From Eledone cirrhosa (taxonomy: Eukaryota), in the NCBI GenBank assembly GCA_964016885.1, contig OZ024741.1, positions 221,278,001-221,342,000 on the forward strand: 64,000 nt of DNA, read 5' to 3'. Of the stretch, positions 1 through 13,520 are shown in pieces. The position numbers were made by a program, and so were the translations under genes. A model generated the notes under the pieces. The model ran no database searches and was not told the origin of the DNA. It worked only from the letters and a program-made list of their open reading frames with translations. Every line of letters starts with the position of its first letter. Within the stretch, counting starts at the first letter, position 1.

Positions 1-542
1 AGAAAAAATACAACAAAAACATCAACTGAAAACACGCACACACCCAACACTGACATAAACATACCGCCACAAACGACAACCACACCACCACCACAACCAG
101 ACACTTCACCAACAAAACAAACACCCACACCACTACAATCACAAACCCCAACCACAAAAAGAAAACTACAAATAGAAACAGTATACATAAAAAACAAAAC
201 ACATTACACATACATAAAAACAAGAAACAAAGAACTGATGGAAACTGTCCGAAAAGACTCCACAATACAAACGGAAGGGAAAACCTTCCCCACCAACGAC
301 CCACCCCCAAACCTCAAACTTATCAGGGTAACAACCCTACAGTACGAAACTTTAAAAAGGAACTTCCCACATGATGAGACCCCCCCCCCCTCGCCAAAAA
401 ACCCTTAACCGTGTCCTGCTAAAAGGATTCCCTCCCTCCCCAAACACCCCCAATCTGGACATGGAGATCGAACAACCCGACCTCCAGGAAACGAAAAGGT
501 AAGTGTTCCTGCCTTTTCTCTCCCTAACTCTTCTTCACCAAC

Positions 543-3500
543 ATGGCGACTATACAAGTTGGATGTTTGAATGTACATGGCCTGGGCATGCCCTGGAAAC
601 AGGGCCAGCTTTTAAATGATCTCAGGTCACATTGTATAGATGTGATAGCCATCACCGAGTCCAGGATTCACGACAAGCAGCAGCTAGCCCCCATGTTCGA
701 TGACTTTGAGATCTACGCATCTCTCTGTCAGCCAGGAGGTGGAGGGCGAGTTGCTGTTCTGTTTTGAAAAAACTTGGATCTCAAAGCACAGACGATTCAC
801 TTGGACCCGGAGGGCAGCTTGGTGGTCCTGGGCGTGAATGGTAGTGAAGGTGGAGCTTCCAGACTGGTGGCCATATATGCCCCAACTGGGACATCGCGAC
901 CAGAGTTCTTCAAGCATCTGGAGCCATTCCTGGGAACATCTCACTCCTTAGTATTAGCAGGGGACTGGATTGGCATCTTAAATGCACGTTGGGACTATGT
1001 AGGAGCTTGTGATAAAAGAGGGGTGTGTAATAGCCTAAAAAATTTCATCAGACAATTCCAACTGGCTGATAGATATCGACTAGCCTTCCCAAGTGTACCA
1101 CTGTAGACGTGGAGCAACCGCACTGGGTCTTCTAGATTTTGTATTTAGATAGATTTTTAATTAGACAGAATGGTAAGGAAACATTAAGCTGTCCACAAAT
1201 GCACATGGTTGCCTATTCAGACCACAAATTAGTCACCTGCATAGTCAACCTTGATAGAACACATAGACCCGGATACTGGAAGCTAAACATGTCGCTTCCG
1301 GCGCTTAAGGCTTACAGTAAACAGATTAGCACCTTAGTTAAGTGCCAGTTGATGGTGGCAATCATCAACAACAGGTGGTGGAGCTCTCTGAAGAGAGCAA
1401 TTAGAATAGAATCGATAGCCTTTAGCAAGGAAGTAGCTTTAGAAAAAAACAAAACCGAAAAGGAACTGGTAGCGAAAGTAGAAGAGGCTCTTAGGAATGG
1501 CAGTACAGCTGACGTGCTAGCGGCGAGAACGGCACTAGACCAGTTCTTCAACGTGAAACACAAAGGTTGTATTGTCAGAAGTAGAACACGTGCTCTAAGA
1601 AACGAGGGAGCCAAAGCTGTTAGTTGGGCCCTAGTGGCAGAGGCGTAAAGTGGCAACAAATCCACAATTCGGTCTTTGCAAGACAAAGATGGACGCATTC
1701 TACTTGAATCCAAGCAGATGTGCACGGCTTTCCAGCAGCATTTTGCACAATGTTCAGGCAAATCGGTATGTCGAGGGAGGTGATGGACTTCAGCTCCTAC
1801 CTCGATGGCGTACCACAACTCTCGAGCATGGATGCAGAGAACTGCGAAAGGCCGATCACAGCGGGCGAAATAGAAGATGCCCTAGGCCACTGCAGGAAAC
1901 GCAAATCACCCGGTTTAGATGGTCTACCCTATGAGTTTTACATAGGAATGCCAGACTTGTTTTCTGGCGTCCTTGAAGCGGTCTACTGCAATTGGCAGCA
2001 GAACGGATTCCCAGTTCTGTAGGCAGAGGCGTAGTAATGCTGATCAGGAAAGATGAGAACAAGGGTGGGGGGGGGGGGGGTGAGATAAGCAATTCCAGGC
2101 CCGTAACTCTGCTCGGCAATCAAGGTGAATGGCTACCTATCGGAGCCATTCCAAATCATGCGTTCCATCCGTCAGGGATGCCCTCTCTCCTCCATTCTGT
2201 ATGTTCTAACTCTCGAGCCATTACTGCGGAAGTTGGAGCTGTTGCAGGGCATCCCGATCGAACCAGGACTGCGGAAAGCAGGGTCAGCCTAGCCGATGAC
2301 ATAACCGTAATGGTGTCGAAAACCTCGGAAATCGGGGTAATAACCTATTACAGGAAAACGAAACGTTGACAAGAGCAAGACTAAACCCAAACAAGTCTGT
2401 CGGTTTGCAACTCGGCACATGGAGAGGCAAACCCATGCCTTCCGACAGTGTCGTTGGATGCTGAACGGAAGGACCGGTGAAATTGCTCAGGGTCTGGTTT
2501 GGTCCAGACCTCCAGGTGGACAAGAACTGAAACGAGGTCATGGTGAAGGTGTTTGCACTCACCCAGAAGTGGGCTGAGTGCAAAGTTTCCTTGAAAGGTC
2601 GAGCGGAGGTGGCGAATACTTACATAGCACCCGTCATCTACTACCGCTTGACAGTCGTGCCTTGTCCCCGCAAATACCTCACCAAAATCGAACGCCTACT
2701 CTTCAAGTTCCTCTGGAAGAAACAGGCTCCATTGGTGAGGAGATCCATCTGCTGTCAACACCCTTCTAATGGAGGGCTTGGCATGCCATGCGCAAACACG
2801 CACTGAGGCTACGCCATCTCTAGGTATTCCTGACCGGTGAACCGGTGTAGCTGTCGTTTGTGAGACAAGCTCTTCCACAACTCGTCTCACTAACAGAGCT
2901 GCAGTCCTGGGTCAAATGAAGACCGAAAATGGGTGCCTGGCACCTCGAGTGCCTTTATGCGCTCACAGCCCTCTACCAAGTAGAAACGGCAATCAGCGGA
3001 GACTCCACTTCGACATTCTATAGGGGATTAGTGGAGGATAAGTGCAACGATGTTCTCGGGAAAAGTCTAGGCATCGAGGAGGACGAACTGACCAGTCTGT
3101 TCGGGAGGACTTTCCGTCCAGGGCCTATGGATAACTTCCAGGGGTCTCTGGCCTGGTAGTGCTACCAAAGAGCTCTACAAGTTCGAGACAAAATCTACAG
3201 GCACGGACGCCCTTGCAGAGATCCTGCCAAAAGGTAACCGACCTGTGGAATTATGTCAAACAGCTACTGTCACGTGTGGGATGCATCCAGTTGTCAGCCG
3301 AGTCCATCGTAAGGATCACCCCGCCGCCTTCATTTAAGAACGAAGGAGAGGCGGTCTTCCTCCGTCTGGTGGCTATGGCGAAACAGGTAATATAGTGGAC
3401 GACGTTAAAAGGACTGAGGGAAAACACCTTTCTCTCCGGACAACAACTTATCCCCTTCTTTAAGTACCACTTCAGAAGGAAGGTGAGAGTGGAGAGAGAG

Positions 3501-3844
3501 GTGCTACACGCCAGTAAATTCGCTGAAAAGTGGGTGAATGTGGCGAAAATGGCCCGAGTGAATGGGCCTTCTCTGCATATAAAGCTGTAGGTTGAGGAAG
3601 ATAAACAGAGGGAAGACAGGAACACCTACAAACCGTGTTCCTGGTGTTGAGGGTTGTTCTATCCATGGGGTGTAAAACAACCCTGCAGTAACGATTCCCC
3701 CTATTGGGGATTTCAATTGTTATTTTATTATATATAGTTTATTGTTATTTATTAATGTTAAAGTTATATGATTTTTATGTAAAACCCCCGCCATCACGTC
3801 TTGTAATGTCCCATTTTTGTACGCCCCTGTGGCAAATAAAAAAG
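543..3844 (+). mobile_element. Degenerate L1/Tx1-clade non-LTR retrotransposon (ORF2: APE endonuclease + RT), with frameshifts and internal deletions
   Basis: Motifs in order: GCLNVHGL, LAGDW, YLDRF, SDH, PGYWKLN, RSR, KSPGLDGLPYEFY, RPVTLL, QGCPLSP (~2173), ADD (~2292), GGLG. Ends in AATAAAAAAGA at ~3836-3845. Part of the RT is missing near 2115. 230-540 may be the ORF1 tail. Confidence 0.9.
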
Positions 3845-4162
3845 ATATCTTACATCTCTTCACTGCACCAAATAATGTTAAATACATTGTACATTTCATT
3901 TATTCTATCTGTAAGCTCGTAACTGTAGCTTCATTGAACATTGTCACATGAAGCCTTGCTATATTTTTAATATAATATTTGCCAGTAACATTTTGAAATA
4001 TTTATATCTGTGTCTACAGATTCAAGGATATCTTTGTTCTGAAGAATCCAAAAATAGATGAAAGCAAAAATTGCTTCTTAAACTTTTAATATTTCAAATA
4101 ATAAATAGTTGTTCTATGGTTTTATATATATTATTGCATATATATATATACATATATATATA

Positions 4163-4318
4163 TAATATAAGATCAAAAGATGGTTAAAAGAGTTCCAAGT
4201 ATTTAACCATCTTTTGATCTTATATTATTTATACTCCAGTCCTATAAACTGTTGAGTGCTACTTATCCGATATTTGCATTGCTTTATTGTGCTACAATAA
4301 AACTCACCTCCTACATTA
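4163..4318 (+). mobile_element. Truncated copy of the hammerhead-bearing element family at 52540-52863, with a short 5' inversion
   Basis: Shares TTTAACCATCTTTTG(A/T)TCTTATA and ...AATAAAACTCACCTCCTACAT with the 52540 element. Inverted arms ~4163-4186 and ~4203-4227. Bounded by (TA)n. Confidence 0.7.
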
Positions 4319-4658
4319 TATATATATATATATATATAGTAATAAGAATATTTATATTTATATATATTTGATATAACTAAAAAATATGTAGGGTAGTACT
4401 AAGTACTATATATATATATAGTACTTAGTACTACCATTAAAATCCTTCTATTTTTCTCCGGATTACTTTTGGAACTACAACTGGAACCGTCGAGCAAATT
4501 CTACGTGAGCTGTCCATCTACTGTGTGTAATATTTATATTACAACACTACGGAAAATACTGTATATATATATATATATATATATATACTACTTTTAATGA
4601 ATCCTCTCTAGGTTTTTGTCTTTGTATTTATTATTACTATATATATATATATATATAT

Positions 4659-5310
4659 AAATGGAAAAAATGAAACAAAATTTCATTTCTCACTCTTAGT
4701 ACGGCTGTTACTTAAATATAAGTATGTATACGTACATACATATATGTATACAGATGTACAGTAGTATTATATATATACATACATGCACACACATATATAT
4801 GTACATTTGGGTTTACCGAACATTTATTATAAACAAACAGCCCGAATTAAGCCGTACAGTGTTTAGTAACCATCGTTGCTCTTTTGTTCAACACTGACAA
4901 AGGAACGCTGTACTAGTTTCAAGCTTATTAGCTATCGTCAGCATCATATACCTTCCTGCCAGATGATTGAACGTCTGAAAGTATATACTTTCCTTATGCA
5001 TATTAACGGCTGAGCAGCCTAATTTGCATATCGAGTGAGTTAGTCGACTGGGCGCACCGAAAACGATAAACGGAAAAAAATGAAACGAAATTTCATTTCT
5101 CGCTCTTAGTACGGCTGTTACTTAAATATAAGTATGTATACGTACATATATGTATACAGACGTAATTAATTCGGGCTGTTTGTTTACAAACAAACCGAGC
5201 ATTATAATAAATGTTCGGTAAACCCATATGTACATATATATATATGTATGTATGTACATATATACATACTACTGTACGTCTGTATACATATATGTATGTA
5301 CGTATACATA

Positions 5311-5312
<2 letters not shown>
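4659..5312 (-). mobile_element. Non-coding 410-bp-unit retrozyme/Penelope-like element (one unit + partial unit + inverted segment) in (TA)n
   Basis: TGAAAC(A/G)AAATTTCATTTCTC at 4671 recurs at 5081 (period 410). ~5165-5312 is an inverted copy of ~4720-4850. Hammerhead at 4906-4946. Second family member at 46695-47311. Confidence 0.75.
4906..4946 (-). ncRNA. Type I hammerhead ribozyme motif
   Basis: Minus strand: gatg CUGACGA u AGCU aaua AGCU u GAAA CUAG UA cagc. Palindromic helix III (ACUAGU), GUA cleavage triplet, one mismatch in helix I. Confidence 0.8.
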
Positions 5313-5383
<71 letters not shown>

Positions 5384-5662
5384 ATAACAAATAATAAAAC
5401 TTGCTTCTCAAGTTGAAGAATGTGTGGTAATTACTGCTATTTTTATATTTTCCTCTATTGGTATAAAGTGACAAAGTTGTTTTTCTTCTCTTCCTCTTCC
5501 TTCTCCCTAAGAAAATAACAATAAGTGTTCTAAAACCAAAGAAAAACAAAACTCAAAGTATTAAAAAACAAAAGTGATGATCCTATTGATGTGATGTTAC
5601 CCTAGTGACACATGGCACACTAACAGGTACCACACTGTAAACTCCTATTGATGGGTTGTTAC

Positions 5663-8600
5663 TTTGGTCTGGTCTGATGATCAGCTCCTTTCCTCTGTCA
5701 GGAGATGTGACTGACACATAGTATCAACAATGGAAAGACCAATGGAAACATTGTTTCCTTGGTCTGATCTGATGATCGGCTCCTTTCCTCTGTCAGGAGA
5801 TGTGACTGACACATAGTATCAACAATGAAACATTGTTTCCTTGGTCTGATCTGATGATCAGTTCATTTCTTCTGTCAGGAGATGTGACTGACACATAGTA
5901 TGAACAATGGAAACATTGTTTCCTTGGTCTGATCTGGTGATCAGCTCCTTTATTCTGTCAGGAGATGTGACTGACACATAGTATCAACAATGGAAACATT
6001 GTTTCCTTGGTCTGATCTGATGATCAGCTCCTTTCTTCTGTCAGGAGATGTGACTGACACATAGTATCAACAATGAAACATTGTTTCCTTGGTCTGATCT
6101 GATGATCAGCTCCTTTCTTCTGTCAGGAGATGTGACTGACACATAGTATCAACAATGGAAACATTGTTTCCTTGGTCTGATCTGATGATCAGCTCCTTTC
6201 TTCTGTCAGGAGATGTGACAGACACATAGTATCAACAATGGAAATATTGTTTCCTTGATCTGATCTGATGATCAGCTCCTTTATTCTGTCAGGAGATGTG
6301 ACTGACACATAGTATCAACAATGGAAACATTGTTTCCTTGGTCTGATCTGATGATCAGCTCCTTTCTTCTGTCAGGAGATGTGACTGACACATAGTATCA
6401 ACAATGAAACATTGTTTCCATGGTCTGATCTGATGATCAGTTCATTTCTTCTGTCAGGAGATGTGACTGACACATAGTATGAACAATGGAAACATTGTTT
6501 CCTTGGTCTGATCTGGTGATCAGCTCCTTTCTTCTGTCAGGAGATGTGACTGACACATAGTATCAACAATGGAATAATTGTTTCCTTGGTCTGATCTGAT
6601 GATCAGCTCCTTTCTTCTGTCAGGAGATGTGACTGACACATAGTATCAACAATGGAAACATTGTTTCCTTGGTCTGATCTGATGATCAGCTCCTTTCTTC
6701 TGTCAGGAGATGTGACTGACACATAGTATCAACAATGGAAACATTGTTTCCTTGGTCTGATCTGATGATCAGCTCCTTTCTTCTGTCAGGAGATGTGACT
6801 GACACATAGTATCAACAATGGAAACATTGTTTCCTTGGTCTGATCTGATGATCAGCTCCTTTCTTCTGTCAGGAGATGTGACTGACACATAGTATCAACA
6901 ATGGAAACATTGTTTCCTTGGTCTGATCTGATGATCAGCTCCTTTCTTCTGTCAGGAGATGTGACTGACACATAGTATCAACAATGGAAACATTGTTTCC
7001 TTGGTCTGATCTGATGATCAGCTCCTTTCTTCTGTCAGGAGATGTGACTGACACATAGTATCAACAATGGAAACATTGTTTCCTTGGTCTGATCTGATGA
7101 TCAGCTCCTTTCTTCTGTCAGGAGATGTGACTGACACATAGTATCAACAATGGAAACATTGTTTCCTTGGTCTGATCTGATGATCAGCTCCTTTCTTCTG
7201 TCAGGAGATGTGACTGACACATAGTATCAACAATGGAATAATTGTTTCCTTGGTCTGATCTGATGATCAGCTCCTTTCTTCTGTCAGGAGATGTGACTGA
7301 CACATAGTATCAACAATGGAAACATTGTTTCCTTGGTCTGATCTGATGATCAGCTCCTTTCTTCTGTCAGGAGATGTGACTGACACATAGTATCAACAAT
7401 GGAAACATTGTTTCCTTGGTCTGATCTGATGATCAGCTCCTTTCTTCTGTCAGGAGATGTGACTGACACATAGTATCAACAATGGAATAATTGTTTCCTT
7501 GGTCTGATCTGATGATCAGCTCCTTTCTTCTGTCAGGAGATGTGACTGACACATAGTATCAACAATGAAACATTGTTTCCATGGTCTGATCTGATGATCA
7601 GCTCCTTTCTTCTGTCAGGAGATGTGACTGACACATAGTATCAACAATGGAATAATTGTTTCCTTGGTCTGATCTGATGATCAGCTCCTTTCTTCTGTCA
7701 GGAGATGTGACTGACACATAGTATCAACAATGGAAACATTGTTTCCTTGGTCTGATCTGATGATCAGCTCCTTTCTTCTGTCAGGAGATGTGACTGACAC
7801 ATAGTATCAACAATGGAATAATTGTTTCCTTGGTCTGATCTGATGATCAGCTCCTTTCTTCTGTCAGGAGATGTGACTGACACATAGTATCAACAATGAA
7901 ACATTGTTTCCATGGTCTGATCTGATGATCAGCTCCTTTCTTCTGTCAGGAGATGTGACTGACACATAGTATCAACAATGGAATAATTGTTTCCTTGGTC
8001 TGATCTGATGATCAGCTCCTTTCTTCTGTCAGGAGATGTGACTGACACATAGTATCAACAATGGAAACATTGTTTCCTTGGTCTGATCTGATGATCAGCT
8101 CCTTTCTTCTGTCAGGAGATGTGACTGACACATAGTATCAACAATGAAACATTGTTTCCATGGTCTGATCTGATGATCAGCTCCTTTCTTCTGTCAGGAG
8201 ATGTGACTGACACATAGTATCAACAATGGAATAATTGTTTCCTTGGTCTGATCTGATGATCAGCTCCTTTCTTCTGTCAGGAGATGTGACTGACACATAG
8301 TATCAACAATGGAAACATTGTTTCCTTGGTCTGATCTGATGATCAGCTCCTTTCTTCTGTCAGGAGATGTGACTGACACATAGTATCAACAATGGAATAA
8401 TTGTTTCCATGGTCTGATCTGATGATCAGCTCCTTTCCTCTGTCAGGAGATGTGACTGACACATAGTATCAACAATGGAATAATTGTTTCCTTGGTCTGA
8501 TCTGATGATCAGCTCCTTTCTTCTGTCAGGAGATGTGACTGACACATAGTATCAACAATGGAATAATTGTTTCCTTGGTCTGATCTGATGATCAGCTCCT

Positions 8601-9602
8601 TTCTTCTGTCAGGAGATGTGACTGACACATAGTATCAACAATGGAAACATTGTTTCCTTGGTCTGATCTGATGATCAGCTCCTTTCTTCTGTCAGGAGAT
8701 GTGACTGACACATAGTATCAGCAATGGAATAATTGTTTCCTTGGTATGATGTGATGATCCGCTCCTTTCCTCTGTCAGGAGATGTGACTGACACATAGTA
8801 TCAACAATGGAAACATTGTTTCCTTGGTCTGATCTGATGATCAGCTCCTTTCTTCTGTCAGGAGATGTGACTGACACATAGTATCAACAATGAAATATTG
8901 TTGTTTCCTTGATCTGATCTGATGATCAGCTCCTTTCTTCTGTCAGGAGATGTGACTGACACATAGTATCAACAATGAAATATTGTTGTTTCCTTGATCT
9001 GATCTGATGATCAGCTCCTTTCTTCTGTCAGGAGATGTGACTGACACATAGTATCAACAATGAAACATTGTTTCCATGGTCTGATCTGATGATCAGCTCC
9101 TTTCTTCTGTCAGGAGATGTGACTGACACATAGTATCAACAATGAAACATTGTTTCCTTGGTCTGATCTGATGATCAGCTCCTTTCTTCTGTCAGGAGAT
9201 GTGACTGACACATAGTATCAACAATGGAATAATTGTTTCCTTGGTCTGATCTGATGATCAGCTCCTTTCTTCTGTCAGGAGATGTGACTGACACATAGTA
9301 TCAACAATGGAAGAATTGTTTCCTTGGTCTGATCTGATGATCAGCTCCTTTCTTCTGTCAGGAGATGTGACTGACACATAGTATCAACAATGGAAACATT
9401 GTTTCCTTGGTCTGATCTGATGATCAGCTCCTTTCTTCTGTCAGGAGATGTGACTGACACATAGTATCAACAATGGAAACATTGTTTCCTTGGTCTGATC
9501 TGATGATCAGCTCCTTTCTTCTGTCAGGAGATGTGACTGACACATAGTATCAACAATGGAAACATTGTTTCCTTGGTCTGATCTGATGATCAGCTCCTTT
9601 CT
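5663..9602. repeat. 83-bp tandem minisatellite, about 47 copies
   Basis: Unit TGATGATCAGCTCCTTTCTTCTGTCAGGAGATGTGACTGACACATAGTATCAACAATGGAAACATTGTTTCCTTGGTCTGATC. Period checked at 6661 versus 6744. Confidence 0.97.
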
Positions 9603-10022
9603 TTTTATTTATTTCTTCCCTATGTTACACATGATTAAAGCCATTAGTTACAGTTTTCTGTAGGATTAATCATTGATTCACTGTATATAGGATGGTGTGT
9701 GTGATGCTGGTGGTTGTGGTGCTGGTTGATGTTGTGGCAGTGGTGATGGTGTTGGTTGTGGTGGTGTAGGTGGTGGTTTTCATGGTGGTGGCGGTGGTGG
9801 TGTTCGTGGTGGTGGCGGTGGTGGTGGTTGGTATGTTGATGGCTGTGGTAGTCAGGGCAGCAGCAGTGGTGAAGGTAGTGATGATGCCAAGGATAGTGGT
9901 GGAGGAGTGTGCTCGTGGTGATGGTCGTGGTGGAGGAGTGCACGCATGGTGATGGTCGTGGTGGTGATAGTGATCACCTGCTTTGTGTGTATCGCTGTGT
10001 TTGTGTATATGTGTATATATAC

Positions 10023-10097
<75 letters not shown>

Positions 10098-10293
10098 CAT
10101 GTGTGTGTATGTATGTGTGTGGATACATATGAAGAGAGCTGGAAGTTGACTTAAAACACCTGCATCAGTTAGTTATGGAGCACTTAAGCAAGACTGTTAT
10201 GCCTGAAAACACTTGAAAATAAGCACAATACGTTAGCAGAGACATACACATTTATACACAAACATATACTGATGTGTGTGTATATATATAGTT

Positions 10294-10344
10294 AGTTTCA
10301 GAAGATCCTGTTAATGGTGAAAGCAGCCATTCTTTGCTTAAACT
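10294..10344 (+). ncRNA. Hammerhead-like motif with CAGAAGA core (diverged copy)
   Basis: agttt CAGAAGA tcctgttaatggt GAAA GCA..TGC TT aaact. Same family as 33538, 39124 and 50039. Confidence 0.6.
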
Positions 10345-10625
10345 TTAATCTGTTATTTTAATAAATATATATATATATATATATATACATAGGAAAAAGT
10401 ATGACCCCGACGGCAGAGCTCAAGCCGTTTGAGTCCAGAAATAGCCGTCGAAACGGATTGAGCTCTGCCGTCGTGGTCATACCTTTTCCTATTACCCACT
10501 CTACTACCCTAAGTATTGAGTACTCTGGTGCGTTATGGTCCATCTGGCTCCTTACCACAATTCCTTCGTTATATATATATATATTTCTAAGCCTCATGCT
10601 CTAACCACTAAGCCATGCACCTTCA

Positions 10626-10657
<32 letters not shown>

Positions 10658-10705
10658 TTATTAAAATAACAGATTAAAGTTTAAGCAAAGAATCGATGCT
10701 TTCAT

Positions 10706-11190
<485 letters not shown>

Positions 11191-11224
11191 AACATACATA
11201 CATACATACATAATGGCTGCAAAC

Positions 11225-11735
11225 TCTACTAAGGGTATTTATTGCAATCGCGTGTCAGATTATAGAGTTTGGTGCACTTTTTACGGCCAGCCACACAAAC
11301 CTGTACCAGATCCTGAACAAGCAATGCCTGTGCTTTGAAAGTTTTTTAAGTGGGGAAAGGCCTCACACTAGACCAATCCCACTCTCTGAGCATCGAAAAC
11401 ACTACCCGAAAAGGAGAACTGGTCAACATCATCGGATGCTTCCGAAGCAGCAGGTTTCTTTTTCAGAGTTTCTCTCTCCTAGAAAGGTGTTGTGGCAACA
11501 ACTGCGAGGGGGCTTTCACTCCCAGGTAAAAAAAAAAAAAAAGTACTATTTGGATGGCCATTGACTCTGTGAGTTCCTCCACCCTTTGCTGAGTTTTGTA
11601 TTTCATCCCGCAAGGTTTCCAAATATTACCCTCCTCACCAACCAAGCTTGGTGGGGTTGCCGGTTTAGTCGACCAACGACCCGCCCATGAGACAGGTTGT
11701 ACTGGGTTACATGTTATCAGTAGTACTCTAGACCA
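11225..11735 (-). mobile_element. RTE-type 5' UTR fragment (homologous piece at ~40140-40265)
   Basis: Minus-strand CTAGGAGAGAGAAACTCTGAAAAAGAAACC and GACTAAACCGGCAACCCC resemble RTE/BovB-like 5' leaders. CCAATCCCACTCTCTGAGC is shared with 40170. Confidence 0.5.
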
Positions 11736-12174
11736 AACTAACATGCATTCATTCATACATACATACACTGGGATATGTTAGTAACTGCCTCAATACAAAT
11801 CTTGAGAAGCTGGGCTTCACAGGAACAGAAAGAACACAACTAGTTAGGAAATTAAAAGTACAATCCATTAATGGAACAGTAAAAATATATAAAACATTTC
11901 AAAAATTTTGCATCTAATAACTGCATATACACATGTACAGATACAAACATATACACATGCACACATACAACTCAAAACATAGACATCCACACATACAATA
12001 ACATCCATATCTACACATGCATGCATGCAGGCATGCATACATAATCTACCTAGTTGATGTGTAAATTCCAATTGGAGAGTCTTGTGTCTATGTTAGAAAT
12101 CGACTCTCTCTCTATTGGTAAAACTTTGTGAAATTATAAAACCAGAAGAACATACATACATACATGTATGTATC

Positions 12175-13078
12175 ATCATCATTTTACGTCCGTTTTTCCC
12201 TGCTTGCAAGGGTTGGATCGGTCCTATTCAACACAGCATCTCTCCACCTGTGACAGTCCTTCATCATCTCCTCGGTGAGTTTCAATGATCTGAGGTCTGC
12301 TCTCACCACCTCCGCCCATGTTTCTCGTGGTCTACCTCTATTGTATGTTCCCGCCACTGGCACTTCCTGGCACTTCTTCACCCATCGGTCATCCTCCATG
12401 TCCATACCACCGCAGTCTCCTCTGTCGCACACTACATTCTATCCCACTCAGACACAGTTTCTTTCTCAACTCGTCTATGCTTGGTCATTCACGCACATTG
12501 ACATTGCACATCTAACGGAGCATACTTGCTTCATTTCTCTCCAGCCGTTGCATATCTTCTGCAGTTGCTGCCCATGTCTCACTAACATGCAGCATCGCGC
12601 ATCTCACACAGGCATCATATAACCGTCCTTTCATACGCAGGGAGAAACCCTTCTTTGTCAACAGAAGAAGCAGCTCCCTAAACTTCTTCCAACCCATCCT
12701 TATTCTAGATACTATGGCCTCGGAACACCCGCCTCCCATGCTAATCTGATGACCTAGGTACTGGAAGCTATCAACCAATTCTATAGAACACACCTGCATT
12801 GGAAAAATGTGTCTATCACTGCGATTACTACTGCCAACTTTCCCTGTACATCTACTGCATACGTAGTTTTCTCTACCTGTTAGTTTGCCTGCTATCCCAC
12901 TACATCTCTTGTGTACCCAAGATCTACATTGCGTACATTTTATGGAATTTATGCCAGTTCCTTTCCTACATATCGAACATGGCCATTTCCCTGATGGAAT
13001 CAGAGTATTGTCCTCTCTTCTACTTATCAACACTTTTGTTTTAGCTATGTTCACTCTGGGGCCTCTTGGTTCCAACTG
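12175..13078 (-). mobile_element. 5'-truncated RTE-clade LINE, subfamily A
   Basis: VNIAKTKVL, PHD-like Cys cluster, FQYLG, LHVSETW, RGRPRETW, tail GGACGTAAAATGATGAT. Confidence 0.9.
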
Positions 13079-13364
13079 CTGTATGTATGTATGTGTAAAT
13101 GAATACACATATATAAACATACATATATATATAAACATACACAAACATACATATTGTTGTTTTTCTTTTTAGATAATTTGTTTGTGTATTTGTGCACTTT
13201 AAGATTTACATACACATATACACACATACACATGCATACACATATACACACACACATGTATAAACACACAAACACATATGTGTATACATTTGTATTTCCC
13301 ATCTATCCAGAAATGAACAACAACATCCCAGACCTCATTTGCTTATGAAGTGAGGTGGAATTTG

Positions 13365-13520
13365 TCAGATTGGACCAAGGAAACAATGTTTCCATTGGTC
13401 ATTTATTTCAATTGTTGATACTATCTACTGCTCACAACTCCTGACAGAAAAAGCAGCATGAATCGAACTCACAATCTCATGATTGTGAATCCAATTCTCT
13501 AACCACTTAACCATACACGT
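13365..13520 (-). repeat. Solo diverged monomer of the 83-bp satellite, preceded on the minus strand by a tRNA-SINE head
   Basis: GACCAAGGAAACAATGTTTCCATTGGTC...ATTGTTGATACTAT...CTCCTGACAGAA is the reverse complement of the first satellite unit. SINE head at ~13458-13520. Confidence 0.75.

Noticed and set aside
3854-3908. Possible 55-nt minus-strand exon (TTACAG|...|GTAAGA; RINEMYNVFNIIWCSEE)
   Set aside because: Weak polypyrimidine tract, no recognisable protein and no partner exons. RNA-seq would be needed.
5663-9602. 83-bp unit as a hammerhead array (contains CTGATGA and GAAAC..GTT; the minus strand has GAAA-CAATG-tttc-CATTG-TT and CTGACAGA)
   Set aside because: Helix I and helix II cannot be formed adjacent to the core on either strand, unlike the accepted motifs.
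5663-9602. 83-bp unit as tandem box C/D snoRNAs (TGATGA...CTGA) or a CRISPR array
   Set aside because: Units abut with no spacers, there is no convincing guide complementarity or terminal stem, and there are no unique spacers or cas genes in this eukaryotic context.
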